The translations under genes were made by a program, and so were the position numbers. Shown one piece after another: positions 45,926 to 56,356 of a stretch of DNA of 64,000 nt. The notes under the pieces were generated by a model that was not told the DNA's origin, did not search any database, and saw only the letters and a program-made list of their open reading frames with translations. The DNA comes from Desulfobacterales bacterium (GTDB lineage Bacteria > Desulfobacterota > Desulfobacteria > Desulfobacterales > UBA5852): contig CAXXVS010000003.1 of assembly GCA_963674755.2 (NCBI GenBank), forward strand, positions 2,464,001 to 2,528,000, written 5' to 3'. How positions within the stretch are numbered: position 1 is the first letter of the stretch; each line of letters begins with the position of its first letter.

Positions 45926-48049
45926 ATGGCGGTGATGAAACTCAGACTGATCGTATTGGCCCTGGCGTTCCTGTCGCTGATAGCGGTGATATCGGGCGCA
46001 CTCACCTACTATTCCATCCTCAGGAAAACCGTCCTGGCCGAAGCCAATCGCCACGTGGCTTCGGATGCGGCCTCCATCAGCCACATGTTTTCCGCCTACC
46101 TGAGCGAAAATACCAAATCGGTGAAAACCCTGGCGGGGATGCCGGCGCTCGAGACCGCCTTTCTTTATGATGACGCCGCGGGCCTGACGGCGGCCAACCG
46201 CATGCTGGATCGTTTTCAGCAATCTCTCGGGATGGACGTGTGCTACCTGATGAACACCGAGGGGCTGACCCTGGCATCTTCCAACCGCCACGATCCCGAC
46301 AGCTTCGTGGGCAAGAATTTCGGTTTTCGGCCCTACTTTCAAAAAGCCCTGCACGGCGAGGCCGGGGTGTATATGGCCCTTGGTGCCACCTCCCACAAAC
46401 GCGGCATCTACTATAGTCATCCGGTCTATGGGGAATCCGGTCCGGCGCCGCTGGGGGTCGTGGTGATCAAGGCCGGCATCGATCAGGTGGAAGCCCGTGC
46501 CGCAAGCGCCAGTCGCCACAGTGGGGGGGCCTGGGTCCTGGTCAATACCGACGGCGTCATATTCGCAGCCAGCCGCCCGGACTGGTGCTTCCATTTCCTG
46601 TCTTGCCCATCCGAGGCCCTGCGCGATCGTGTTGCCGCCAGCCGTCAGTTCGGCAAAACGCCGATGGAAGACCTGGGGTTTACCGCCGCCGACCCTAACG
46701 AGATGCGGGATTGTGATGGGACCGCCTATCTGGTGCACGGCGTCCCGATCGACTCCCTGGCGCAATGGCAGGTGCTTTACCTTTATCGGACCCGCAGCGC
46801 CCTGGCCGTCCTAACCGATCCCATCCTGCCCTACCGCAAGCCGATCGTCATAACGATTTGCAGCCTTTTTTCCGTCATTATCCTCGCCCTATGCACCATG
46901 GCGTTTATTGATATCCGGGAACGCAAGGGACAGCGCGATACCCTGGCCGTTCAGAATGCCTATCTGTCCGCGCTGCACGACACCGCCCTGGGACTCGTGG
47001 GACGTCTGGAATTCAATGAACTGATCCGCGCCGTATTGAGCCGTGCCGGTCTGTTGACAGGGACTTGCAACGGATTTCTTTTTCTTCACCACCCCGAAAC
47101 CCAGGACCTGGAGATGATGGTGGGGCTGGGGGTCTATGCCGATGAAGTCGGGCGGCGCATCAAGCCCGGTGAAGGCTTGTCGGGCAAGATCTTCCAAACC
47201 GGCGAACCCCTCATCCTGGACGACTATGCGACCTGGCCCGAGAGGTTGCCCCATGCGAAATACGACAACCTGCATGCGGTGGTGGGCATGCCCCTCAAGG
47301 GACGTTCGTCCATTGCCGGGGTCATGGGGCTGGGGCATTTCGAGCTGGGCAAGACCTTCGGAAAGAGCGAAATCGATATCATCGAACGCTTTTGCCAGCT
47401 GGCCGTCATCGCTCTGGACAACGCCCAGCTTTACACCCGGCTCGAGGAGGAGCTCGCCGAACGCCAGCGTGCCCAACAGGCCCTCAAAGAAGCCAATCTG
47501 GCCCTCGAACGTCTGGCCAGTCTCGACGGGCTGACCCAGATCGCCAACCGGCGCCGTTTTGACGAAATTCTTCAGAAGGAGTGGAAACGGCTGCGGCGAT
47601 CGAAAGCCCCCCTGGGGCTTATCCTGGCGGATGTGGATTATTTTAAAGGCTACAATGACACCTACGGTCACCAGGCCGGCGACAGCTGCCTACAGGCCAT
47701 CGCACGGACCCTGGCGGCCAATGCCTATCGGCCGGCGGACCTGGCCGCACGTTATGGGGGCGAAGAGTTCGCGGTTTTACTGCCGGAAACGGAGGCGGCG
47801 GGAAGCTGCTTCGTGGCCCAAAGAATTCTGGCGGCGATTCGAAACCTCAGGATTCCCCACAGCGCCTCTATAGTGGCACCCCACGTCACCATCAGCCTGG
47901 GGGTGGCCTGCTTGACCGCCAATCAAGACGATCCCCGGGTTCTGATCCAGCTTGCCGATGAAGCCCTTTACGAAGCCAAGAAAAGGGGCCGCAACAGGAT
48001 GGTCCTGCAGGATCTCGATCCCACGCCCGGCGCCGTCGGCACCCGATAA
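45926..48049 (+). CDS. Diguanylate cyclase (Cache, GAF, GGDEF)
   Basis: FRPYF, a GAF region, DGLTQIANRR and RPADLAARYGGEEF (RxxD I-site present). Confidence 0.93.
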   Translation: MAVMKLRLIVLALAFLSLIAVISGALTYYSILRKTVLAEANRHVASDAASISHMFSAYLSENTKSVKTLAGMPALETAFLYDDAAGLTAANRMLDRFQQSLGMDVCYLMNTEGLTLASSNRHDPDSFVGKNFGFRPYFQKALHGEAGVYMALGATSHKRGIYYSHPVYGESGPAPLGVVVIKAGIDQVEARAASASRHSGGAWVLVNTDGVIFAASRPDWCFHFLSCPSEALRDRVAASRQFGKTPMEDLGFTAADPNEMRDCDGTAYLVHGVPIDSLAQWQVLYLYRTRSALAVLTDPILPYRKPIVITICSLFSVIILALCTMAFIDIRERKGQRDTLAVQNAYLSALHDTALGLVGRLEFNELIRAVLSRAGLLTGTCNGFLFLHHPETQDLEMMVGLGVYADEVGRRIKPGEGLSGKIFQTGEPLILDDYATWPERLPHAKYDNLHAVVGMPLKGRSSIAGVMGLGHFELGKTFGKSEIDIIERFCQLAVIALDNAQLYTRLEEELAERQRAQQALKEANLALERLASLDGLTQIANRRRFDEILQKEWKRLRRSKAPLGLILADVDYFKGYNDTYGHQAGDSCLQAIARTLAANAYRPADLAARYGGEEFAVLLPETEAAGSCFVAQRILAAIRNLRIPHSASIVAPHVTISLGVACLTANQDDPRVLIQLADEALYEAKKRGRNRMVLQDLDPTPGAVGTR

Positions 48050-48108
48050 GGACCGGAGAAAACGATCAAGCCGGCCGGCAACTCCCTATGCCGTGTCTCC
48101 CCGTAGGC

Positions 48109-49116
48109 TTAGAAGTCGCTCTCCAGAACGATGCGATAGCGCGGCTTGCCGGAGCGCAGCTTTTCCATGGCATCGTTCACCCGGGACATGGGGAAGGTCT
48201 CGGTCTGGGGAGCGATGCCGTGCCGAGCTGCGAAATCGAGCATGGTGGCGGTGGTGGCGGGACTGCCCAGGGGGGAGGCCCCGACGGACCGCTGTCCGAT
48301 GAGCAAGGGAAAGACGGCGGTTTCCACCGAAGGGGCCGCGCCCACCAGATGCAGTTTGCCCTTGGGTGCCAGGGACCCGATATAGGCCTCCCAGGGCAGG
48401 GATACGTTGACCGTGGAGAGGATCATGTCGAAATAGCCGGCCCGTTTTTCCAGGGCCGCGGTATCGCGGGAGTTCAGGAAGTGATGGGCACCCAGCCGGC
48501 GGGCTTCATCCTCTTTTTCAGGGCTGGTGGAAAAGGCCGTCACCTCGCAGCCCCAGGCCCGCAGGAAAGCCAGCGCCATATGGCCCAAGCCGCCGATGCC
48601 GATCACGCCCACGCGGTCGGTGGGGCGGATATGGTTTTGCACGATGGGATTGAAGACCGTAATGCCCCCGCAGAAGAGGGGTCCCGCACTGGCCGGCGCA
48701 ACGCCCTCGGGCAGGGGAATCACCCACCCCATGTGGGCCCGCACCTTGTCGGCGAAACCGCCGTGGCGCTCCACGATGGTGCCCTGGACCTCGGGGCACA
48801 GGTTGTGGTTGCCGGACATGCACTGACGGCAGTGCATGCACGATTGCGCGAACCACCCCAGTCCCACCGTCTGCCCCACGGCAAGGTGGCGCACGGCCGG
48901 GCCGACCGCCTCGATGCGGCCCACGATCTCGTGGCCCGGCACAAAGGGGTAGCGGGTCATCTGCCAGTCGTTGTCGAGCATACTGAGGTCGCTGTGGCAG
49001 ATGCCGCAATACGCTACGGCAATGTCGACTTCCTCGGCCCCGATGGTACCGAGTTCGTATTCAAAGGGTTTAAGCGCTCCGGCCGCGGATTCCGCGGCAT
49101 AGGCGTTGACGTTCAT
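48109..49116 (-). CDS. Zn-dependent NAD(P) alcohol dehydrogenase/aldehyde reductase
   Basis: CGICHSD, GHEIVG and GIGGLGH. Confidence 0.93.
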   Translation of the reverse strand: MNVNAYAAESAAGALKPFEYELGTIGAEEVDIAVAYCGICHSDLSMLDNDWQMTRYPFVPGHEIVGRIEAVGPAVRHLAVGQTVGLGWFAQSCMHCRQCMSGNHNLCPEVQGTIVERHGGFADKVRAHMGWVIPLPEGVAPASAGPLFCGGITVFNPIVQNHIRPTDRVGVIGIGGLGHMALAFLRAWGCEVTAFSTSPEKEDEARRLGAHHFLNSRDTAALEKRAGYFDMILSTVNVSLPWEAYIGSLAPKGKLHLVGAAPSVETAVFPLLIGQRSVGASPLGSPATTATMLDFAARHGIAPQTETFPMSRVNDAMEKLRSGKPRYRIVLESDF

Positions 49117-49286
49117 GAGAAAAGCTCCTTTCGATCTGAAGGTTGATGATCGTTTACGATCACACCGGGAAAGCTAAGGGAGTAAAAGCCGAATGCAAGT
49201 GGGGGCGGGAGGGACGACGATCTGCCTGCGGTGGGTTTCGGAGGAATAAGAGGCGCGCGGCGGTCTATCGGTGAGGCGGCCGCCGC

Positions 49287-50213
49287 TCAGCCTTCGCGGT
49301 TGAAGGGGATGCCCAGGGCGGCCGGCCCGCCGAAGCGTCGCCCCGGTCCGATATTGACCAACACCATGACGACGATGGTCAGGAGGTAGGGTAGCATTTT
49401 GAGGATATAAGCCGGCACGATCTCGACGCCCACGGCCTGGAAGTAGAACTGCAAGGCGGTCAACCCGCCGAAGAGAAAGGCCCCCACCACGGCCCGCAGG
49501 GGGTTCCAGGTGGCGAAGATGACCATGGCGATGGCCACCCAGCCCTGGCCGCCGGTCATGGATTCCTTCCAGCCGGGGGTGTAGGAAAGAGAGAGGTAGG
49601 CCCCGGCCAGGCCGGCCCCCAGGCCCCCGGCAAAGGTGCACAAATAGCGGATGCGGAACACATCGATGCCGGCGGCGTCCACGGCCGCGGCGTCTTCCCC
49701 GGCGGCCCGGATTTTGAGCCCGGTGCCGGTGCGAAAGAGCAGAATCCAGCACAGGGGCACCAGGAGATAGGCCAGATAGGCCAGCACGGACTGGCGGAAG
49801 AAGATATCCCCCACCACCGGGATGTCCGCCAGGCCGGGCAGCGGCAGGGCGCGCAGCCGCACCCCGGGGGCGGTGCCGATCAGAGGGCGCCCCAGAAAGC
49901 TGGTGAGTCCCATGCCCAGGAGGGTCAGGGCCAGTCCCGAGAGGACCTGGTTGACCCGCAGGGTGACGGCGAAAAACCCGTGCACCAGGGCCAGCAGCCC
50001 CCCGGCCAGGGTCCCGGCGGCCACGGCGATCAAGGGGTTGCCCGTGGCCATGCCGGCCGCCGCCGCACACAGGGCCCCGGCCAGCATCATGCCCTCCACC
50101 CCGAGGTTGAGGATGCCGCTGCGTTCGGCCACAATTTCCCCCAGGGTGGCCAGCAATACCGCGATGGAGGATTTGACGGCGATCTGCCCGATGAAAGCCA
50201 GGTCTTCGATCAT
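49287..50213 (-). CDS. ABC transporter permease (nucleoside/BMP type)
   Basis: ERSGILNLGVEG. Confidence 0.92.
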   Translation of the reverse strand: MIEDLAFIGQIAVKSSIAVLLATLGEIVAERSGILNLGVEGMMLAGALCAAAAGMATGNPLIAVAAGTLAGGLLALVHGFFAVTLRVNQVLSGLALTLLGMGLTSFLGRPLIGTAPGVRLRALPLPGLADIPVVGDIFFRQSVLAYLAYLLVPLCWILLFRTGTGLKIRAAGEDAAAVDAAGIDVFRIRYLCTFAGGLGAGLAGAYLSLSYTPGWKESMTGGQGWVAIAMVIFATWNPLRAVVGAFLFGGLTALQFYFQAVGVEIVPAYILKMLPYLLTIVVMVLVNIGPGRRFGGPAALGIPFNREG

Positions 50214-51307
50214 GCCCCCTCCTCTCCGGCGGCGGGCACGGCGCGGCCGGTTTCCCGCCGGACCAGGCGGTAGCGGGCCAGGCTTTCGCTGAGCAGCAGG
50301 CCGAAGAGCAGCACGGCTTCGAGCACCACGCTGATGGAGGCCGGCAGGTGTAAAACGGACTGGAGCTGCTCGCCGCCCACGATCAGAAATCCCAACAGCA
50401 GGGCCACGAAGGGCACGGCCAGGGGATTGAGGCGGGCCAGCCAGGCCACGATAATGCCGTCGTAGCCGTAGCCCACGGCCAATCCCTGCTGAAGACGATA
50501 GTGGATGCCGCTCACCTCGGCCATGCCGGCCAGCCCGGCCAGGGCCCCGCTGAGCAGCATGACGCCGACGATCTGAGACCGTATGCCGAACCCGGCATAG
50601 CGGGCCGCCCGGGGATTGAGGCCGATGGCGCGCACCCTATAGCCCCAGCGGGTGAGGCGCAGGGCGCCGTAGAGCACCATGGCCAGCACGAGGGCCAACA
50701 CCAGGCCGAGATGAATGCGGGTGCCGAAGTAGTGGGGGATGCGGGCGGCTTCGGCGATCTGGGCGGTCCCCGGGAAGCCGTACCCTTCCGGGTTGCGCCA
50801 GGGACCGAAGTAGAGGTGCTCCATGACGATAATGGCAATATAGTTGAGCAGCAGGGAGGAGAGAATTTCGTTGACCGCCAGATAGGCTTTCAGCAGGCCC
50901 GGAATCAGGCCCCACAGGGCACCGCCCACGGCCCCGGCCGCGACCACGGCCGGGAGCACCAGAAAGGGGGGCAGGTGCGGCGCCAGGTAGAGCCCCGTGC
51001 CGGCGGCCAAGATGCCCCCCCAGACGAGCTGGCCCTCGCAGCCGATGTTCCACAGCAGCATGGTGGCGGCCAGGGCCACGGCCAGGCCCGTCAGCATCAG
51101 GGGAATGGCGCGCACGACGACCTCGGATACATGAAAAAACGATCCGGCGGCCCCTTTCAGCATGACGCCGTAGGCGGTCAGGGGATTGACCCCCAGGGCG
51201 GCGAAGATGCCGGCCCCCACGGCGACGGCCATGGCCAGGGAGACCGGGAAAACCCAGGCCGGGGAGCGGGCAAAGGATGCGGAGCGCTTCTCGATGCGCC
51301 AGGCCAT
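50210..51307 (-). CDS. ABC transporter permease (nucleoside/BMP type)
   Basis: Start at MAWRIEKR overlaps the ATPase stop; WNIGCEGQ and GYGYDGIIVAWLARLNP. Confidence 0.9.
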   Translation of the reverse strand: MAWRIEKRSASFARSPAWVFPVSLAMAVAVGAGIFAALGVNPLTAYGVMLKGAAGSFFHVSEVVVRAIPLMLTGLAVALAATMLLWNIGCEGQLVWGGILAAGTGLYLAPHLPPFLVLPAVVAAGAVGGALWGLIPGLLKAYLAVNEILSSLLLNYIAIIVMEHLYFGPWRNPEGYGFPGTAQIAEAARIPHYFGTRIHLGLVLALVLAMVLYGALRLTRWGYRVRAIGLNPRAARYAGFGIRSQIVGVMLLSGALAGLAGMAEVSGIHYRLQQGLAVGYGYDGIIVAWLARLNPLAVPFVALLLGFLIVGGEQLQSVLHLPASISVVLEAVLLFGLLLSESLARYRLVRRETGRAVPAAGEEGA

Positions 51308-52818
51308 CAGCGGTCCTCCAGTCCGGCCATGAGCAGTTTGATGCGGTCGATGTCGCCGTCGTCCCGGGCGGAAACGATATCGAGAATCCGGCCGCGAAAC
51401 ATGACAGCGATGCGATCGGCCAGGGAGAGGGCCTCCTTGAGATCGCCGGTGATCAAGAGGACCGCCGCCGTCGCCCGCTGGCGCAGGAGGGCCTGCCAGA
51501 TGTCTTCGGTGGCCCGAATGTCCAGCCCCTGGGTGGGTTGCTCGGCGATGAGCAGGGCCGGCCGGCGGGACAATTCCCGGGCCAGGATGAGCTTTTGCAG
51601 ATTGCCGCCGGACAGATGACCGGCCTGGCTCCGGAGGCCGCCGCCCTGAATGCCGAAGCGCGCCACCGCTTCGGCCGTTGCCTGGGCGGCGCGGCGCCGG
51701 TCGACGAGAAGCGATGTCCCGAAGACGTCTAAACGGGTCAGCATGAAATTTTCCACCAGACTGAAGGCATCGACGGAGCCGGTCCGATGCCGGTCTTCCG
51801 GGATGTAGGCGATCCGGTCGGAGGGGCGTCGCCGCCATTGGGCGGCCGTAAAGGTGCGCTCCTGAAACCGAAGCGTGCCGCCGGTCAGGCGGACGAGGCC
51901 TGCCAGCGCGGCGGCCAGGTCTTCCTGACCGTTGCCGGCCACGCCCGTAATGGCCAAAATTTCGCCCTGCCGGACATCGAACGCAATATCCCGAAAGGTC
52001 GGGCGCGGCGACTCGCCGGGCCCGGTCAAGCCCCGAACCTGGAGGACGGATTCCCCGACGGCGACCGGGGGCTTGTCCACACTCAGGATGACTTCCCGGC
52101 CCACCATCAGGCGGGCCAGATCGTGCCGGCTGCGTACGTCGGCGGCCGCCAGTTGGCTGACCATCCGCCCCCGCCGCATGACGGCGATTTCGTCGGCCAC
52201 GGCCATGACTTCTTCCAGCTTATGGGTGATGAAGACCACGGTTTTGCCTTCATTCTTCAATTGCCGGAAGACCGTAAAAAGGTTTTCGATTTCGGCGTGG
52301 GTCAGTACCGCGGTGGGTTCGTCGAAGATCAGAATCTTCGCCCGGCGATAGAGCAGCTTGAGAATTTCCACCCGCTGGCGCTCCCCCATGGACAGGGTGC
52401 CCACCGTGGCCCGGGGGTTCACCGCCAAACCATAGCGTTCGGCCAGTTCGCGGATGCGCCGGATTTCCCGGGTGCCGCGAAGATGGATGGGGCCCCGACG
52501 CAGCAGAATGTTTTCGGCCACGGTGAGGGGGGCCACCAGCATGAAACGTTGATAGACCATCCCGATGCCGGCGGCCAGGGCCTGGGCCGGGGAGAGGAAG
52601 CGCACCGGTCGTCCCTGGCGCAGGATGTCCCCCTGGTCGGGCTGGTAGCGGCCTGCCAGGATCGACATGAGGGTGCTTTTGCCGGCCCCGTTTTCCCCCA
52701 GCAGGGCGTAGATGCGTCCGGCGCGGAGGGTCCAGTTCACCCCACGGTTGGCGTGCACCTCGCCGAAGCGCTTGGAGATGTCTTGCAACGCGAGGGCCGG
52801 TGGGGGGGAGATCGTCAT
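51307..52818 (-). CDS. ABC transporter ATP-binding protein
   Basis: GENGAGKS and LSGGNLQK. Confidence 0.94.
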   Translation of the reverse strand: MTISPPPALALQDISKRFGEVHANRGVNWTLRAGRIYALLGENGAGKSTLMSILAGRYQPDQGDILRQGRPVRFLSPAQALAAGIGMVYQRFMLVAPLTVAENILLRRGPIHLRGTREIRRIRELAERYGLAVNPRATVGTLSMGERQRVEILKLLYRRAKILIFDEPTAVLTHAEIENLFTVFRQLKNEGKTVVFITHKLEEVMAVADEIAVMRRGRMVSQLAAADVRSRHDLARLMVGREVILSVDKPPVAVGESVLQVRGLTGPGESPRPTFRDIAFDVRQGEILAITGVAGNGQEDLAAALAGLVRLTGGTLRFQERTFTAAQWRRRPSDRIAYIPEDRHRTGSVDAFSLVENFMLTRLDVFGTSLLVDRRRAAQATAEAVARFGIQGGGLRSQAGHLSGGNLQKLILARELSRRPALLIAEQPTQGLDIRATEDIWQALLRQRATAAVLLITGDLKEALSLADRIAVMFRGRILDIVSARDDGDIDRIKLLMAGLEDR

Positions 52819-52830
52819 GATCTTAGGGCG

Positions 52831-53475
52831 TCAAACGAATTCGGGGTCGGGCAGCCGCGTCAGGGCGTGGATCGGATAGCCCGGGAGGGTCTGCAGCGCG
52901 CCTTCCTGGGCCACGCAGAATACGCCCTGAATGGCTGTGGGCGCGTGGCCGCGGTGGGCGGCCACTTCTTCCAGAAGATCTTCCAGGGCCAGCAGGGTGC
53001 CCCCGGTGCTGACCACGTCGTCGATCACCACGATACCCCGGTCGGCCTGACCGATGAGGTTGATGTCCCGCTCATAGAGGGCCATGAACTTGCTGCCGCT
53101 CGTAACCGAGGAGGAGCCCACCTGGATCAGGGGTCGCCGGTCGGCCTCCATGTGGGGTTTGACCCGATTGTAGGCCACGGCCACGGCCTCCACGTCCAGC
53201 TCCTGGGCCACGGCCTGGACCAGCATGAGGGCTTTTTCCACGGCGGTCAGGAACACCAGGCCATCACGATCGGGGAAGGCCTCGCGGATACGGGCGGCCA
53301 GCAGGCGCCCCAGATCCCGGTTCAGGCGGGTCTGGCCCACCAGGTTGAGGGAGGCGATGCGCAGGCGGCGCTCTCCGGAAGGCAGGACCGCATAGGGGAT
53401 CTCGATCTCGTAGCCCAGCCCCGGCACGCTGAGGCGATATTTTTTACCCGATTCCAGACCGCCCAGTATCTCCAT
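52831..53475 (-). CDS. Type I phosphoribosyltransferase (purine PRT-like)
   Basis: VVIDDVVSTGGT PRPP-binding motif. Confidence 0.88.
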   Translation of the reverse strand: MEILGGLESGKKYRLSVPGLGYEIEIPYAVLPSGERRLRIASLNLVGQTRLNRDLGRLLAARIREAFPDRDGLVFLTAVEKALMLVQAVAQELDVEAVAVAYNRVKPHMEADRRPLIQVGSSSVTSGSKFMALYERDINLIGQADRGIVVIDDVVSTGGTLLALEDLLEEVAAHRGHAPTAIQGVFCVAQEGALQTLPGYPIHALTRLPDPEFV

Positions 53476-53516
53476 AGCGGCTCCTTTGATGCATGGGCAC
53501 TAAAAAGTTATTCTGT

Positions 53517-54635
53517 CTATTGGGGCAGGCTCCCTTTGACCCCTTTCACCAGCCAGCGCATGGTGAGCAGATCCTTGTCCGAGGCTTTCTGGCCCTCGGG
53601 TATCATCAGGTTGCCCCCCTGGTCGTAGAGGGGGCCGGCGAAGATGTCGTCCTGCCCCGCTTCCAGCTTTTGCTTGGCGGCCAGCACCTTCTGCTGCACG
53701 TCTTCCGGCACGGCGGCGTTGAAATTGCTCAGGACGATGTCGTGCTTGTCGAAGCCCCCCCAGTAGGCGGTGGGCTTCCAGGTGCCGTCCATGACCTGTT
53801 TGACCTTCTCCACATAGATCGGGCCCCAGTTCCAGACCGTGGACACCAGGGCGCAATCGGCGCCGTAGCGGGTGGCATCCTCGCCGTAGCCGATGGCCGG
53901 CACGCCGGCCGCGCAGGCGGCCACCGAGCTGTCGGGGGTGTCGGCCATCTGGCGGATAAGGTCGTGCTTGCGCGCCACCAGGGTTTCGGCCAGGGTGGTT
54001 TCGTTGATGGCGTCGCGCCAGGCCTTGAGCCAGACCACCGTGTTGACGGTATTCGGATCCACGGCATATCCGGACTCCACAAGCCCCTTGAGCAGCCCGA
54101 TGGTAAAGGCGTTGATGCCCCGGATGGGCTCCGGAATCGGGTTGGTGGCCACGGTGCCCACGTTTTTGAAGCCCATGAGGCCGGCCATGTAGCCGGCCAG
54201 GTATTCCGCCTGGTACATGCGGGCGAAGTAGTTGCCCATGTTGGGGGCGGTCTTGAAGCCGGAACAATGCTCGAAAACGATGTCGGGGTAGTCCTTGGCC
54301 ACGTTGAGCATGGGATCCATGTGCTCGAAGGTGGTGCCGAAGATGATATCGTAGCCCTGTTGGGCATAGTTGCGGAAGACGCGTTCGGCGTCGGCGGCCA
54401 GGACTTTTTCGGTGTAGCTGACCTCGATCTGGTCGCCCAGCTTTTCCTTGAGGTATTCGATGCCGTCGTAGGAGGCCGTGGTCCATCCCTGATCGTCGAT
54501 GGTCCACAGGAGGGCAAAAGCCACCTTGAGTTTTTTGGCGGCGGCATCGGCGGTTTGGACGCTGCCGGCCAAAACCAGGCTGAGGCAGGCGACCATCAGG
54601 AAGACCGAAACGACGAGGGTTCTTGTGCGGCTCAT
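53517..54635 (-). CDS. BMP-family periplasmic substrate-binding protein
   Basis: Signal peptide; DDQGWT, YQAEYLAGYMAG and WNWGPIY. Confidence 0.92.
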   Translation of the reverse strand: MSRTRTLVVSVFLMVACLSLVLAGSVQTADAAAKKLKVAFALLWTIDDQGWTTASYDGIEYLKEKLGDQIEVSYTEKVLAADAERVFRNYAQQGYDIIFGTTFEHMDPMLNVAKDYPDIVFEHCSGFKTAPNMGNYFARMYQAEYLAGYMAGLMGFKNVGTVATNPIPEPIRGINAFTIGLLKGLVESGYAVDPNTVNTVVWLKAWRDAINETTLAETLVARKHDLIRQMADTPDSSVAACAAGVPAIGYGEDATRYGADCALVSTVWNWGPIYVEKVKQVMDGTWKPTAYWGGFDKHDIVLSNFNAAVPEDVQQKVLAAKQKLEAGQDDIFAGPLYDQGGNLMIPEGQKASDKDLLTMRWLVKGVKGSLPQ

Positions 54636-55051
54636 GGAATTCTCCTTTATGTTTCCGTGTGGCAAAGGTGCGGGATCGGATGGGCGCGCCGTCCTGAAAA
54701 ATGTTTCTTAACTTAGACAAGGCACAGGGCGGCGTCAAGCCACCATTGTGCGCTGTCGTCGATCTGATGATTTCGGCATCGGATTTCTCTGTAACGGATA
54801 AGCATAATTTGGTATGAAAAACAGATTCGTTCGGATTCACCGTATTTTGAGCAAACGTCACGACACGTGGTTTCAAACCCCCGTCCAACGCCCGACGGCC
54901 GTGTTGCCGCTTTCAGCAAAATGCTTGCATATTATTGAAAATGCAGCGCTTTTTGATCTGGATGCGCCTTGCCCTCGAACGCCATCTGAGGTTTTGAGAT
55001 CACTTGCAAAACCAACCTGTTGCCAAAGCTTGTGATAGGAGCGCTGAAACC

Positions 55052-56302
55052 ATGAATATTCAAAGGGTGGTCGACGACATATATCGTTTTTCCGTCAACA
55101 TCGAGGACAAGGACTATTTGTTCGAAGGCATCTGGCCGATTCCCCACGGCATTTCCATCAATGGCTATCTGATTAAGGGCGATAAGAACGTCATCATCGA
55201 TTTGACCCAGGATATCTTCGATTTCCCGCAGGAGATCACCCACCAGATGGACGGGGTGCAACTGGCCATCGAAGACATCGACATCATCGTCATGAATCAC
55301 ATGGAACCCGACCACTCGGGATGGTTGCGCGAGTTTTGCAGCAAAAACAGCAAGGCGGTCATTTACTGCACCAAAAAGGCGGTACCCCTGCTGCAGGCCT
55401 TTGCCGCGGTGCCACCCGAGCGGGCGGTGGCCATCACCGACGGCATGGTGCTTCCGGTCGGCGACTACGACCTGCAATTCTTCGATACGCCCAATATCCA
55501 CTGGCCCGAAACCATGATGACCTACGAGCGCAAACGGAAGATGCTTTTTTCCTGCGATGCCTTCGGTTCCTATGGCCGTGTGGACGAAAACGCGATTTTC
55601 GACGACCAGATCGACGAGGAACAGCACCGCTTCTTCGAGCAGGAGGCCCTGCGCTACTACGCCAACATCGTGGCCACCTTTTCGGGCTTTGTCCTCAAGG
55701 GCCTGGAGAAGCTGAAGGGATTGGAGATCGAGGTTATCTGCCCTTCGCACGGCATTATATGGCGGGAAAATCCCGGGCGGATCATCGGCCACTACCAACG
55801 CTACGCCGAATACAGCAAGGGACCGGCGGAGCGCGAGGTGACCGTGCTCTGGAGCAGCATGTACGGCAACACCAAGCAGGTGCTCAATGTGGTGATCGAG
55901 GTGTTGCGCAAACGCGGCATCCCGGTGCATGTCTTCCAGGTGCCCGGGGACGAGATGGGCGACATTCTGGGCAGCGCCTGGAAATCCGCAGGCCTGATCT
56001 TCGGCATGCCCACCTATGAATACAAGATGTTTCCACCCATGGCCCACGCCATCGAGGAATTGCTGGTCAAAAAAGTCACCAATAAAAAGGTCTTCCGCTT
56101 CGGCTCGTTCGGCTGGGTCGGCGGGGCCCAGAGGGATTTCGAGGCCAAAACCGAAAAGTCCGGCTGGGACCTTGTCGGCCATTACGAATGGCAGGGGGCT
56201 CCCACCGAGGCGGATAAAACCGCCATCCAGCAGGCCCTGGAGGCTTATGGCGACACGCTGCTCGCGTTTGCCAAAACGCCTTCCGGCTGTGAAAAAGGAT
56301 GA
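55052..56302 (+). CDS. fprA: Flavodiiron protein (A-type flavoprotein)
   Basis: NHMEPDHSG, HWPE, FSCDAFG, PSHG and SMYGNT. Confidence 0.93.
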   Translation: MNIQRVVDDIYRFSVNIEDKDYLFEGIWPIPHGISINGYLIKGDKNVIIDLTQDIFDFPQEITHQMDGVQLAIEDIDIIVMNHMEPDHSGWLREFCSKNSKAVIYCTKKAVPLLQAFAAVPPERAVAITDGMVLPVGDYDLQFFDTPNIHWPETMMTYERKRKMLFSCDAFGSYGRVDENAIFDDQIDEEQHRFFEQEALRYYANIVATFSGFVLKGLEKLKGLEIEVICPSHGIIWRENPGRIIGHYQRYAEYSKGPAEREVTVLWSSMYGNTKQVLNVVIEVLRKRGIPVHVFQVPGDEMGDILGSAWKSAGLIFGMPTYEYKMFPPMAHAIEELLVKKVTNKKVFRFGSFGWVGGAQRDFEAKTEKSGWDLVGHYEWQGAPTEADKTAIQQALEAYGDTLLAFAKTPSGCEKG

Positions 56303-56356
56303 TGCGGTCCCGGGCAGCCGGACGGCAGCCCTTGCGGGCGCAACGATAAGATAAGA